A DNA stretch of 63,563 nucleotides, filler included, from Collodictyon triciliatum (taxonomy: Eukaryota), in NCBI GenBank assembly GCA_043381765.1. It is 5 parts of 5 records of this genome, joined end to end, with 100 filler letters (N's around TTAATTAATTAA, not from the genome) between each part and the next. Parts side by side here need not be neighbours in the genome. Positions count along the whole stretch, not along the records: positions 1 to 17,063 come from JBHJMP010000726.1; positions 17,164 to 30,350 come from JBHJMP010000728.1; positions 30,451 to 47,732 come from JBHJMP010000729.1; 2 more parts are not named here. The stretch is one strand, 5' to 3'. Below are positions 13,501 through 38,536 of the stretch, one piece after another (the stretch's first letter is position 1; every line of letters begins with the position of its first letter). The notes under the pieces are model-generated. The model worked only from the letters and a program-made list of their open reading frames with translations. It had not been told where the DNA came from and made no database searches. Made by a program: the position numbers and the translations under genes.

Positions 13501-14197
13501 AGAAATAGCGCAAGAAGCAGCACAAGAAGTAGCACAAGAAGTCCAAGAAGTAGCGCAAGACGCAGGACAAGAAGCAGGACAAGAAGTAGCACAAGAAGTC
13601 CAAGAAGAAGCAACACAAGAAGCAACACAAGAAGCAACACAAGAAGCAGCACAAGAGGCAGCACAAGAGGCAGCCCAAGAAGTACAAGAAGAAGCACAAG
13701 AAATAGCGCAAGAAGCAACACAAGAAGCAACAGAAGAAGCGACACATGATTTACAAGAAGCAGCACAAGTAGAAGCCCAAGAAGAAGGACAAGTAGAAGC
13801 CCACGAAGAAGGACAAGAAATAGCGCAAGAAGCAGCACAAGAAGTAGGACAAGAAGCAGGACAAGAAGCAGGACAAGAAGCAACACAAGAAGCAGCACAA
13901 GAAGTCCAAGAAGAAGCAAAAGAAGAAGCAAAAGAAGAAGCAACAGAAGACGCACAAGAAATAGCGCAAGAGGTAGCGCAAGAAGATGCACAAGAAGCAG
14001 GACAAGAAGCAACAAAAGAAGCAGCCCAAGAAGCAAAAGAAGAAGCAAAAGAAGAAGCAAAAGAAGACGCACAAGAAATAGCGCAAGAAGCAACACAAGA
14101 AGAAGCCCAAGAAGTAGCACAAGAAGCAACAAAAGAAGCAACCCAAGAAGGAACGCACGAAGCAACCGACGGAGCGTATGGCGGGGTGCGGGGGTGA
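10598..14197 (+). CDS. CFAP97D1/D2-like (KIAA1430/hemingway domain) axonemal protein with long acidic tail; exons 10598-10766, 11108-11268, 11486-14197 (or spliced onward from 14175)
   Basis: QRILNAKSTIQDDPPPEFTHLKVNYKRKVQEKEKQRLIEKETERI...KSMIESYQKKEADRIYRENLALFARLQSKKSCY resembles the CFAP97-domain family. GT-AG junctions are in frame with the 855-aa ORF. Confidence 0.75.
12920..14165 (+). repeat. Coding 12-bp tandem repeat (GAAGCAACAGAA / GAAGCAGCACAA variants) encoding EEAT/QEAA tetrapeptides
   Basis: Directly visible array of about 1.2 kb inside the ORF. Confidence 0.95.
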
Positions 14198-14567
14198 TTC
14201 ACTGAAACAAAGCAAAAGAAAATGAAAGAAAAAGATGAGAGCGTCATATTCTCTCCCACCCTACAAAGCAAACCACCCAAACCTCAGACACACCCGAAGC
14301 CCTCCCTGCTCTCCATCCACTATGAGTCAAGAACCAGAGCCTTGTAGCATCATAACAACACCGCGCAATAAAACAAACATAACAACCAACACAACATACA
14401 AAGCTACGATATAAAGAAAATATCACCGTGTTTTATCCAAATATATATATATTTGGTTTCTTTTCAACAGTTTAGTGTTTTATCCAAATATATATTTAGA
14501 TAATCATAACAACAAAAGGACGGAGGACGAGCCCTTGGAACCGACATCAGCGGAAAACAAACGCCAG

Positions 14568-15444
14568 GCGTCTCGGCTATCTCCTCGAACTCAATGCCAC
14601 TGCTGCCACTGCCGCCGCCTCCGATTCGCACACAATCCGCACCCAGGCGCTCGACCTCTCCAAGGTGCAGGACGAGGTCAAGGACCTCCACAGCCGCATG
14701 GCCTCGCTCCACCAGAGAGACCTCCAATCCAACAGCCACATCGAGGCGCTGACGCTGGAGCTGCACCACCACAAGGCTGCCTTGCTCGAAAAGGACTCGC
14801 AAATAGAGTCCATACTGTCCCTCGGCTTGGCTGCTTCGTCAATGTCGCCGTCTCCAGTCCTCATTCCTTCTCATCCTCAATCATCTTTTGGTTCTGAAAC
14901 ACTCGGGTCCCACGCACAGGAATCCTCCTCGGATAACGACCAAACCGTCATCATCAAACAACTGCAGCAGCAGGTGGATGATTATCAACAAAGAGAGTCT
15001 CAGTGGAAGGGAGAGATGGAAACCCTTCAGAGGACATTGCACGACTGCAAAAAGCGGCTGGATGAGAAGGAAAAACAAATCGAATCTATCCTTGACCTCA
15101 ACATGGGTATGTTTGCCTCGGCTTCCCAAGCAAATCCTGGTTCCTCATCTGCAGACGAGAAATCAGCAAAGACCATCGCAGACCTCGAAGCCAAACTTCG
15201 TAAAGTAAATGACCAGCTTTCCCACGCACACAGTGACCTGGATAAAGTGCGTATCCAGTCTTCTCTAAAAGATGCCCAACTATCAAATTACATGGCCAAG
15301 TACAAAGAATCGGTTGAGGCATTTAAAAGACAGGAGCAAGATTGGACAGAAAGGCAAAGTGCTTACGAGGCCCGCATCACTTCTCTCCTTGAATGCCAGG
15401 ACCACATCCAACAACATGACCAACAAGACGAGGAAACATTCTAG
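14568..15444 (+). CDS. Coiled-coil coding exon, probably the 3' end of the CFAP97D-like gene
   Basis: Open frame with heptad-like sequence and no in-frame ATG before the GTG start called at 14665. The acceptor acgccag at 14567 is phase-compatible with upstream donors. Confidence 0.7.
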
Positions 15445-16349
15445 AGACAGGCTTTCTTTCCACTCCCTTTCCTTTGGATTCTTCCCATGCTTGCTTCTTT
15501 TTTTTTTCCCCTCTCTCTCTCTCTTTTTTTTTTCCTTCCTTTTTATTTTATTTTTTACAATCGACTTTACGCTTGCTCTCCTTTACATCATCAAAATGTT
15601 GCATGTTTTGGACTCTCAAACCCATCTATTAACTTTCTCTCCTTTCCTTTTTCTTCATCTTTAATCTTTATGATATTCCTTTCCTTCCCCAATTGTTTTT
15701 CTTTTTCCTATATTTCCTTTTTTTCTTTTTCGTTTGTTTTATCCTTCTTCTATCTATTTTTTCTTCTTCTCTTTCTAAAGTCCTCGCTCATGGATACAAA
15801 TAATGGAAGAGAATAGGAGGATAACTGAAAGACAAGAGATGGAGAAAGGGAAGAGAAAAACAAAACCCAAACAAAAAAAAAAGTCTCTAAAACAGAAATT
15901 CACCATCGCTGAGACAATGACGCACAAACTCTGCCAAAGAATAAATGAATATCATACAAAAACAAACAAATTTAGGAGCAAACCACTAACTTTCATTTTC
16001 TTTTCCATTCACATTGGGTATACTTTTCGGACATATATCCCTCATCTGCATCTGCTGTATCCGCCAGCATACTTTACCCGCCCCTTTCAAAACCAAACCT
16101 TTTTGTGTATGGATCAATTTTTTTTTTTTTGTGCAACGATTTCAATAAAAAAATAAATAGAAATAGAAATATATAATCTGTTTTACAAAATAAATTGGAA
16201 TGAAACAGCAATGGCAGTAATAATTACGAAAAATAAAATAAAATTAAAAAAAATAGGACAATAATAATCATATGAGTCTGTTAAGACACTACAGCCCCAG
16301 ACTCACATGTCGAATACCCAACACATTCTTTGTGCATAACAAGCCTGGG

Positions 16350-16696
16350 ATGAGTGAAACAGCCGAAAGTTCAACAAGCAAAAAACAGGAGGCTGGCCTG
16401 GCGTCGAAGAGGAAGGTTCAGGTTTAAGATGGATGCTTTTGAATCTGCTGTCCGCCTATAAAAAGCACATCGGGTTTTTATTCCCCAAGAGGGGTTTTAT
16501 TTTTATTTTTATTTTTATTATTATTTATTAATGATCACTTTTTTTTTTTGTTTCTGCCGATATGTATATTCATCTATTCAAAAGAATATACTGGAAGACG
16601 GACCACCAGATCCGAAGGTGAAGAAGCCAAGAGACAAAGGTGAAGATACCATAACGGATAAGCAACTGTGCGAGACTGAATACATTTTTGAAAATG
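16350..16696 (+). CDS. Two 5' exons (16350-16421, 16585-16696), possibly an N-terminal extension of MED12
   Basis: MSETAESSTSKKQEAGLASKRKVQ/NILEDGPPDPKVKKPRDKGE... with GT-AG junctions. A contig linker separates them from the MED12 core. Confidence 0.5.
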
Positions 16697-16887
16697 GTAT
16701 GTAAAGATGTCCTTTGCTTAGGCAATTACATACTGGATCACATATTGTTGTTCTTGCTCAGGCTGTCCTATTCATTATTTCCCTTTATTCGATTCAAGCT
16801 AGAGCTGTCATATTTTTACTGTAAAGAATGCTTAAATTAGATGAGTTTAATAAGTATTGCGAGGGATATACAAATATTAACAGAAAT

Positions 16888-17063
16888 AATACTAAAAGAA
16901 TACTAAAAGAATACTAAAAGAATACTAAAAGAATACTAAAAGAATACTAAAAGAATACTAAAAGAATACTAAAAGAATACTAAAAGAATACTAAAAGAAT
17001 ACTAAAAGAATACTAAAAGAATACTAAAAGAATACTAAAAGAATACTAAAAGAATACTAAAAG
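16888..17063. repeat. (AATACTAAAAG)n 11-bp minisatellite abutting a gap
   Basis: About 16 perfect copies visible. Confidence 0.95.
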
Positions 17064-17107
17064 NNNNNNNNNNNNNNNNNNNNNNNNNNNNNNNNNNNNN
17101 NNNNNNN

Positions 17108-17119
17108 TTAATTAATTAA
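17108..17119. other. Assembly linker TTAATTAATTAA flanked by Ns
   Basis: Identical six-frame-stop 12-mer inside an N spacer; recurs four times in the window. Confidence 0.95.
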
Positions 17120-18371
17120 NNNNNNNNNNNNNNNNNNNNNNNNNNNNNNNNNNNNNNNNNNNNGAGAATAGAAAGAGAATAGAAAGAGAATAGAAAGAGA
17201 ATAGAAAGAGAATAGAAAGAGAATAGAAAGAGAATAGAAAGAGAATAGAAAGAGAATAGAAAGAGAAAAAAAGAGAAAAAAAGAGATAAAAAAGAGATAA
17301 AAAAGAGATAAAAAAGAGATAAAAAGAGATAAAAAAGAGATAAAAAAGAGATAAAAAAGAGATAAAAAGAGAAAAAAGAGAAAAGGGGCGGCGTAGCGTA
17401 AGGTTAGTTGTAAATAAATTGTATTTGTCATCCAGCTGTTTTGTTGTCATATGCATATACTGATAGGATGAGTCTGACACACACCTGAGAGCCTCGGCCT
17501 TCTTTTGCAGTTTTCTGAGAAGAATAAAGTCTAGAGAGAAGATTGTGATGTTTTGATATAAATGGTTAGATAAAATATCCAGAATGGGCTGCTTGATAAA
17601 AATATGCTACGCTGAAAAGGACTGATGAAACAAAAATTGTAACAAAAACGTAAGAATGATTTGCTGCACCATCTAGTCTGGTCATATTAATATTGTCTTC
17701 CAGCGATGTAGATTCCAGGAGATTTTGATACTGTGTAATGTTCTGATTATGTTCAGGAGAGCGTAAATGGGCAAGAGTTAGACCGAAAAATAAGCTTTTC
17801 CTAATTTTTCATTTTAAACGCCAGGCGGATATAAATTGAGCTAAAAGGAATAGAACGAGAGCTCCTGAAAGGCAAGAGCCATTTGACAAAACAGATAGAC
17901 GAGAAAATGAGACATAGCTCACAAAGTTAAAATGGAAAAAACATGGAAAAAATGAAAAAAACATGGAAAAAAACGAAAACGAATTCGAAAACGAAAAAGA
18001 AACGATAAAAAGATAAAAAGATAAAAAGATAAAAAGATAAAAAGATAAAAAGATAAAAAGATAAAAAGATAAAAAGATAAAAAGATAAAAAGATAAAAAG
18101 AAAAAAAGATAAAAAGATAAAAAGATAAAAAGATAAAAAGATAAAAAGAAAAAAAGAAAAAAAGAAAAAAAGAAAAAAAGAAAAAAAGAAAAAAAGAAAA
18201 AAAGAAAGAAAGAAAAAAGAAAAAAAGAAAAAAAGAAAAAAAGAAAAAAAGAAAAAAAGAAAAAAAGAAAGAAAGAAAATAGAAAAAGAAAAAGAAAAAA
18301 GGAATAATTGGCCAAACCTCCCAAATAGAGTCATACTCATTTTCCCCCACGCAAACGCTCTAAACACCTAG

Positions 18372-30017
<11,646 letters not shown>

Positions 30018-30394
30018 GTGAGTATACTAGATCTTTGTGAACCCTTTTACCCATTTACATTTTTTTTATCTTTTTTTTTTTATCTTTTTTTATCTTCTTT
30101 TATCTTTTTTATCTTTTTTATCTTTTTTATCTTTTTTATCTTTTTTATCTTTTTTATCTTTTTTTTATCTTTTTTTATCTTTTTATCTTTTTTTATCTTT
30201 TTTTATCTTTTTTTATCTTTTTTTATCTTTTTTATCTTTTTTATCTTTTTTATCTTTTTTTATCTTTTTTTTATCTTTTTTTTATCTTTTTATCTTTTTT
30301 TTATCTTTTTTTATCTTTTTTTATCTTTTTTTATCTTTTTTTATCTTCTTNNNNNNNNNNNNNNNNNNNNNNNNNNNNNNNNNNNNNNNNNNNN

Positions 30395-30406
30395 TTAATT
30401 AATTAA
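30395..30406. other. Assembly linker TTAATTAATTAA
   Basis: Same N-flanked 12-mer. Confidence 0.95.
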
Positions 30407-30450
30407 NNNNNNNNNNNNNNNNNNNNNNNNNNNNNNNNNNNNNNNNNNNN

Positions 30451-30512
<62 letters not shown>

Positions 30513-30596
30513 AAAAAACAAAAAAACAAAAAAACAAAAAAACAAAAAAACAAAAAAACAAAAAAAACAAAAAAACAAAACAACAAGTCATTCTAG

Positions 30597-33500
30597 ATTC
30601 AAAACCCAGATGGACGAGAAAGTGATTTTCGATAAAGGCGGAGCGCTCGACGTGAAGAAGCTGTTGGAGACGCTGGAAAGATCCGCAGAGCATTTTCTTT
30701 CAATATCCGAAGCGAAACGCGCAGAGTCAGAAAACAAATTGGAGCAGAAATGGACTCAGTATAAAGAATTGGAGCATCGGCAGCAGCTACAAAGAAGTGC
30801 CGCAAGCGATTCTGAAAGTGAAGCCGACGATAACGCATCCAAAGACTCGGATGATGCGGAGTCAGAAACGGAGGATATCACAGACGCACTGGGGCAATGG
30901 ATTCTGAAGGAGCTCAAAAGTGTATTGGGGGGATTCCATCGCATGATCATCGCGGAGTTTACAGCAACCAGCCGAACGTTGCTGATGAGTGTACGTTTTT
31001 TTGTTTGTTTTCCCTTGAGCTCATGATGACTGACATATAACCCTCCTTTTTTCTTCTTTATGTGTTCGCTACATTTAATGTCTTTGATATTTTTTTCTTA
31101 TGCATCTATCCGCTTCTCTTTGGACGGCTTGATGGATTATTAAATTTTTTCATATTTCCATTCGAAAGCTGGAAGATATTCGGTTCTATGTTCAAGCAGT
31201 CGAAACAGAGTTGAGTTCATGGAAGTTGAAGCATCAAGTCAAGGTCTTCAACTCCATGGTACGGTTGATTGATTAAAATACAAGTTGTTTGATTGATGAA
31301 TAATTTAACATGTGTGTATATGATTAAACAGGACCAAGAAGATCAACGTGACCAAGAAATAGCTTACGAGTGGGGGCTTGCTGAACGAGCATATCGCGAA
31401 CAGATCGAACAATTGCAGGGACAACTCGCCGCGAAGATGTCGCTACTGGACCAGGCAAAGGATGAGCAGGAAGAAATCATAAAGAAAAGCCAAGCAGATA
31501 TTAAGGTGATTCCTTTATCATGCCCAAAAAATAATAATAAGACAAATTGTTATTTCAGAAGAAGAAGAAGAAGAAAATAGAGAAAATGATTCGAATCGCA
31601 CTGGCAAACCAGTTGAAAAGTTTATGAGTAACAAGTTATACTTTCTTTTTAACAACTTTTTTAAGAAATAAATATTCTTTCCTCTCATGTCACAGCGCAT
31701 TCTTGCAATTTCGCAGTCAAGGGAATCAGAAGCCCCCGGAAAACACCAAAACATGTCTGGGTCGCAGGATTCGCTTCAATTATCGATATTCCAGGCGCTC
31801 AATGCATTCCAACAATCTCTGAGCGAAAAAATGGCCCGTTCTCCATTATCTCAAACTTATCCACATGGAGATTACCCAGAACGGCAGACGTTCAGCTTTG
31901 CAAATCATGGCACGCCAATTGCTCGAATCCAGTCTCAATCATCCCGCTGTCTCGAACAGCTAACCAGCGAAATGGATATTCTTCGATTCGAGGTTATGTG
32001 CAATCATTATATGAATTCAAGATGGTTATCTTTTATTTATCAACCTATCATTTTTTGTATGCTATGGGTGTTTGAATCCAGGACTGGTATTAAATCTACT
32101 CGCCAATTATCGTCATCAAATAGTTGGAACAGATATTAGCCAAGTATGAAGCAGCTAAAATTGCAGACAAGACTGCAAAAGCAGAGATTCGTGAGCTTCA
32201 GACCAGAAAGCAGCATCTGGAGAGCAAAGTGGCAAATTATACATACATTCCTGTTACATTTATCAACTTTTTCTATGAATTCCATTTCATCAATATATGC
32301 TAAGATAATACTGGGTCTTATGATTCATTCGTATACTTTCAATGATTTTTTTTTAAACGAGGCAATATAATGCAGCTTGCAGAGGCACAGAAAGTCATTC
32401 AAGGTTTGAGTTTAAATCTGAAGAAGAAAGTATCTAATCTTTAGTTGTTTTTTTTTTTTTCATGAAAAGATTCTCATATTAACAGCCAAGATTGCAGAAT
32501 TGGAAGGCAAAATGGTGGAAGGAACTCGAGCACTGCATCAAATAGCAAGGTACTGATTATGTTCCGTTTAATGGCTCCAACATCCCATCCCATAAAAACA
32601 CTTCCACTCTCAGATTGTGTCAATATATTCAGCTATTGTTTGAGTAGAGCTTAAAATTATGAATGTACTAAAGATTGCAGGAGCAGTTGGGTTCGAAGGA
32701 ATCAGCCATTCAGCAGCTACGAAGCCAGAATAATTCGCTTGTCCAATCCGAGACAATCCTAAGACAATTGAAAGAACAACACGAAAAAGAGATAGAAGCC
32801 TTACGACATTTGGTAATCAATCCTCAACCGCCAAAGAACAAAAAATGAACAAAACATAATACAAATAATAGACAAAATCATGCTGTACGATTTTTAATCT
32901 CGGCATGACTATAATACATACTCCAAATGACCAATTTAAATATACTCTCGAATGATTGAAAACGAGTCCATTAGAATCGATGTTTCTGTACTACAGCGTG
33001 TACCCGTAATAAAAAAAAGAAAAAGATAAGTATTATGGCATTTTAATATTTGTTGATACGAAGAACGAAGCAAAGGATTCTGCGAATGCACAAAGGACCA
33101 GTGCTCAATCACAGCTTGATGCACAAGTTAGTAGCCTGAAAGTATGTGCTGTATTGTTTTTAAGTTGTATGATACCATGGGCAGTAGTTTTATGTTTTTT
33201 CTTTCGGAAACTTATTGAAAAAAAATCAAAAATTCATCTATCTGAATTTTGTTTTCCATTTTAATATCTCATCACTGGGTTGTCTTTAACTTATTGCTAC
33301 TGTAGCAAAAGATAAAAGAAATTACGCTTGCACATCAGCACGAAATAAATGCCTTAAAGACATCCGTTGAAGACCTTCGGCGTGAAAAAGATGAAATGCA
33401 CAAGAGAATTTCATTTTCCAAGGGAAAGCCGGATGGGGATGCTGGATCATCGTCGTTAGGCACACCACATAAATCCGATCTAATGGTAAGACATTTTTAC

Positions 33501-36500
33501 CGTTTTTTTTTCTGTGTAGGCCTCGGCTTCAAAGCTGAATATTCAAAGTGGTGTACGCCATTATAACAGACGCTGATACTTTCTGCCATAAAGGCTTCAA
33601 CAACAGATTACCTGCAGCAGATCGAATCTCTTTACAGAGCAAACGAGGAGATGAACATTAATCTACAAGCCCTCACAATCCGATTGCGAGAGGAAGAAGC
33701 AAAAGCCGTCAAATTGGACAGAGAAGTGATGGAATTGAAAGCTTTGGCTAAGTTTCGACAACACCAAATCGAAAAGGTAGGTCTTTTTTGCCTTACTTTG
33801 ATTCAATCACCCACATTATCTCTATCATGCTTCATCTCACATTATTATGTACGAACTACTTTCTTTTCTTTTTGCTATGATTTATTTTGACCATATGTGA
33901 AACATGATAGTTTAGTGTATTCTGTGATGAAAACGTCTCGTTGAAAGCAGTTATTGAGGACCTGTCTCTTCAACTTCAACAGCTGAAGGGAGAATCAGAG
34001 GTGCCCGCATCGAATGTTTTTTCTTATTTATATTTCAAACAGCATATCTGGTTAGCTAACAACCTGTAAACCAAAATGCTCTGTTTAGGTTGACGCCTCT
34101 CAACTATCATCTCCCGTAAAAACAGGTCATTTACATATATGTGGTATCCATGGCCAAAAGAAAATAGGAGAAACTATACATACAGTGTGCATTTATCTTG
34201 TACATTTTTAAAATAATATCTTCCCCAGAGAGAACTTTATCTCCGACAAGCACCCGAACGAGAGAAAGCATCGGTGGTGAACTCTGTAAAGTCCGGGATT
34301 TCCTGGAAAATGAGCAAGGTATTATGAATTTGAATATGTCCGTGCAAATCAATTTTTCGGGGGGAAACAACAATAATTCGATACTTTTGAATCGCAGAGT
34401 ATCTGATAAAAATTGTGGATGAAATGGAGACATGGAAAGCTGAATTTTACAAAGAATCCACAATGAATAAGTCTTTACAGGTTATTACAATACTTTTTTT
34501 TTTATTGAATATTTCGTTTTATTTTACTTGAATCGGATTCCTTCTTAATGTCCCTCAAATTTTCAAACTTTACAATGAAGAAAAAACACCATAACGGTAA
34601 AGTAACCATGCATTGATTAATGTGTATGAAATAATCAGAAAGAGGTGAAACTGCTCCAAGATAAACTGAATCAAGCCGGAGTTGAGGCCAAGCAACTACA
34701 GGAGAAATTACAAGCAGAGAATCTTGAGAGAATAAATATTGGAAAAGAGTTACAAAACACCCAATCCGAGCTGCAACTAATGCGAGATGCAATCCTATCG
34801 CTGTAAATTTTATCAATCTAAGATTTTTTATGTTGATATCTTTTTGGGAAATTAAGCAGAATATGTAGTTCATACTTTCTTCACATACGAAAGATGTGAC
34901 TTGCCGGCATCCGTGGTAGGAGATTGCGACCCCAACAAGACGAATAGAACTCAGAGTACCTTTTTTCTTTTTTTCTTTTTCTTTTTCTTTTTTCTTTTTT
35001 CTTTTTTCTTTTTTCTTTTTTCTTTTTTCTTTTTTCTTTTTTCTTTTTCTTTTTTCTTTTTCTTTTTTCTTTTTTCTTTTTTCTTTTTTCTTTTTTCTTT
35101 TNNNNNNNNNNNNNNNNNNNNNNNNNNNNNNNNNNNNNNNNNNNNNNNNNNNNNNNNNNNNNNNNNNNNNNNNNNNNNNNNNNNNNNNNNNNNNNNNNNN
35201 NNNNNNNNNNNNNNNNNNNNNNNNTTTTTCTTTTTCTTTTTTCTTTTTTCTTTTTTCTTTTTTCTTTTTTCTTTTGTTGTTTTTTGTTGTTGTTTGTTGT
35301 TTGTTGTTTTTTTTTGTTGTTTTTTTGTTTGAAACCATCCATCAACAAGTTGCTTTCCTATTGCGTAAAACGTACTGTTGTTAATTTACATGCGCTTGCC
35401 AATACTTGAAAGATATATCCACAATGTAATATACCACAATTAAATAAAGACTCAGCATTCCTATTGGGACTCCTTTCACTGTAGACTTCACTCTTGACGC
35501 GTCTTCTATTGCCGAAAATGCAGCAAAAGCTAGTGCTATTAAGTCAAAAGCGACAAAAATAAACGAGCTCCTCAGTTTTAGCCACAAGTACATAATGGAC
35601 ATGTCGGCGGTAAGCTCTCAAAATCATCAATAAACACCGAAACTTTTAGTCCTGTTTCTTTGGATTTGTGCTCATCGCGATTAGTTAAAACTGGCCCAAT
35701 GAGTAAAAATTGACTAAAGAAGCCATCACTTCATTAACAAATTAGTTGTTTTTTTTTCTTCATCTGTGCCGAGATTTTTTTTAAAAAAAAAACTTCTAGA
35801 ATTCCAGCAGCCTTCGGCTACTGTCCACAAAGATCAGATCCACGCTGCAACAAGAACTTGACTCGACCCTTGATTCTACCTTTGACTATGGACTGCTTGA
35901 GAGCACACGCGAAGGCACAAGGTGATACAATCTAATCCTCTAAGGCAGCAAGATAAATGTGTTCCAATTATTTGCAAGAAGGCTACATCCATTCATTTTG
36001 TCTGTTAGCTTGAAATCTTTCACGAAATTAAAATTCCTCGGGACATCACTCTGCGATTTTAGTGTGCGAGAATATGAAGGGCTGGTTTCTGAAATTAAAT
36101 CACAATTGGAACTGTTGCGCTCATTCGCATGGCATCCTCACACATCCACTGTTCGACCCACCGAATTTCAAAAATTGACAGATAATGTTAAAAGGTCTCA
36201 CATTCATACTCTTATGTGTTTGTCACAAACTGATTTTTGCTGTAATGTGATATCCCCAGCTGCTTGAGTGAATAGTCCTTCTCTGAGGCTGGTTAGTCCC
36301 TTTTGATGAATGAGACGACCTTTCCTGTGTTTTTTAAGCCCTAGTACTAAAATAGACCATTTGGTCTAGAATTTTGAGCATTATTCCTGATTTACAAGAA
36401 CTTCAGACCTCTCAACACCTCAATCGCAGTGCGGTGATGCCAACGCTTTCATCTAAATCAAACATCCTCACTGACATTGCAAGTTTGTTTGGTATTCGAT

Positions 36501-38536
36501 GGCAAAAAATAAAAAAAAAAAAATTGTTGGCTTTGCCTTACATTTTTCTTCTATTCGCCACAATGTTTTTTTTTCTGTTTTTTTGGATAACTCCCATAAC
36601 CAAAATCAAAAATTTTTTAGCTGAAATAGCTTCATTGGATATTTGCTTTCATTCGCTGAAGCATGTGCATTCAAAACTCATCCGGGGGATGTACAAGATG
36701 AAGACATTAATCAACCCCTCGAGTGAATCAATTATACAGACCCCTCAAAAAGATACATCCCGTGTGGAAACGCGCAGGTTGTTGAATTCAACACCAAGAA
36801 GACTTGATGCTGGTCAAAACTCAATTGAACATGCCCAAGTTGAACAAGCTCCACCCACCGACCATCACCAGATCAAAATGTAAATGTTTGCGATTTGCAG
36901 ACAATAGGTCACCATAACTTTCACTTGATCAGGAATCCTGTTTCATCCATTTACATAGTATCTATTTGTAGTCTTGATGTTCGAACACCTCAGCTGGATG
37001 TGGGCACCAGGACACAGCATCATGTATTCACATATCACTGATTGATTGCAAGAATAATCTTTGTAGAAGATAAACGAATTTGTTGAATTTTCATCAAAAA
37101 AATCTACTTTTTTCTGTGAAAACTTCCCACATTAACGATAGCAATACTTTTCTCATGGAATGTTGTTTTTGAATAAAACTGCTTCATAGACTCCAATGAG
37201 GCACTTGACACCAACTTTACCAGTTAACGCCACGTCCCCCTACATGACTGGTGCGAACGCAACAGCTTTTACACCCCGGCAAAATTCTATAAACAGCGAG
37301 GCTCGTGTTCAATTAATAGGTCGTGTTAGTGTCAATACCTCACCCCACCTTCATCCTGTAACCCCGAGTACGCCACATGTAACTGCGCAAATTCCGAACG
37401 TCTTGAATCCGGGTAATTTGTTGGAGCTCAGTCCCAACATATAACTTTGGTATAAACAGTATTAATAGCATTTTTATCTGTGAAAGAATAATATATACTC
37501 TTCACTCAAATTTCTCATTGGTATGTGCATCGGAAACCAGGAAACATTTCGGCTAGGTCAGAATCGAATTACCCAATCGCATATCGGGCTCCTTCACACG
37601 AACAACAACAGCAACCGCATATTGCAGAGACTCCTGTATGTTTTACGTAGAAGATAAGACATACATACATACATACATACATACATACATACATACATAC
37701 ATACATACATACATACATACATACATACATACATACATACATACATACATACATACATACATACATACNNNNNNNNNNNNNNNNNNNNNNNNNNNNNNNN
37801 NNNNNNNNNNNNNNNNNNNNNNNNNNNNNNNNNNNNNNNNNNNNNNNNNNNNNNNNNNNNNNNNNNNNCATACATACATACATACATACATACATACATA
37901 CATACATACATACATACATACATACATACATACATACATACATACATACATACATACATACATACATACATACATACATACATACACATGTACTTTACCG
38001 TTTGTAAAAGCTGACATCCTATTATCCAGAGACAGACCGTTTTTCTCCCTGCACACAACCTCGTATGTAATTCTAAATAATCAAGGCGCATGAATTGTGA
38101 GACATCTTTTTATATCTAAAAATGTGTGTGTTCACTATAGACCAGCCAGTCACCACACATATACACTCGTCCTGATATAATCGGCCTGCAGAATACCAGC
38201 CGAAATACATCTGTTCCGATTCAATACACGCCTGCCATGGTCATTGATTGTATCCATCTTATGCAAAATGAATGCATTCGACTGAGTGTACCTCATCAAC
38301 TTTTCAATTTTGAAAATTTGTCAATTACCATTTAATTACCGAATGATGTGGTAGACCGCCAGGGAATATACAAGTGCCAGCCCTGCCGGACATATTGATT
38401 CATCTGGTCGATATGAGGTAATATTGCGTCGTGCACATACAATTTTAATGTAGCCCTTGCCTAATCATTTAATGGAACAGAGATGGAAACACAAAAAAAA
38501 TTAGAATCACTTTATTTGGCGGCTTGTCGAAAGTAA
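30597..38536 (+). CDS. Large multi-exon coiled-coil protein with Pro/Thr-rich C-terminus, function unknown (5' end possibly missing)
   Basis: A series of short GT-AG exons encodes heptad-rich segments (e.g. AERAYREQIEQLQGQLAAK, LQALTIRLREEEAKAVKLDREVMELK). No family recognised; the exact end is uncertain (about 38504 or 38536). Confidence 0.6.
37660..37984. repeat. (TACA)n microsatellite around an N gap
   Basis: Directly visible. Confidence 0.95.

Noticed and set aside
12673-14280. Long antisense ORFs (535 aa, 442 aa and others)
   Set aside because: These are shadows of the T-poor coding repeat, which cannot generate stops on the opposite strand.
16888-17063. Regular repeat array as CRISPR-like
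   Set aside because: It consists of perfect tandem 11-mers without spacers, in a eukaryotic context.
17108-17119. Recurrent palindromic TTAATTAATTAA (also at 30395, 47777, 61798) as a biological motif or piggyBac TTAA site
   Set aside because: It is always embedded symmetrically in N runs, which marks it as an artificial contig spacer. Gene adjacency across these points is therefore unreliable.
17500-17760. Stop-codon reassignment suggested by TGA-interrupted frames
   Set aside because: Conserved genes splice cleanly without internal stops and end in TAA, TAG or TGA.
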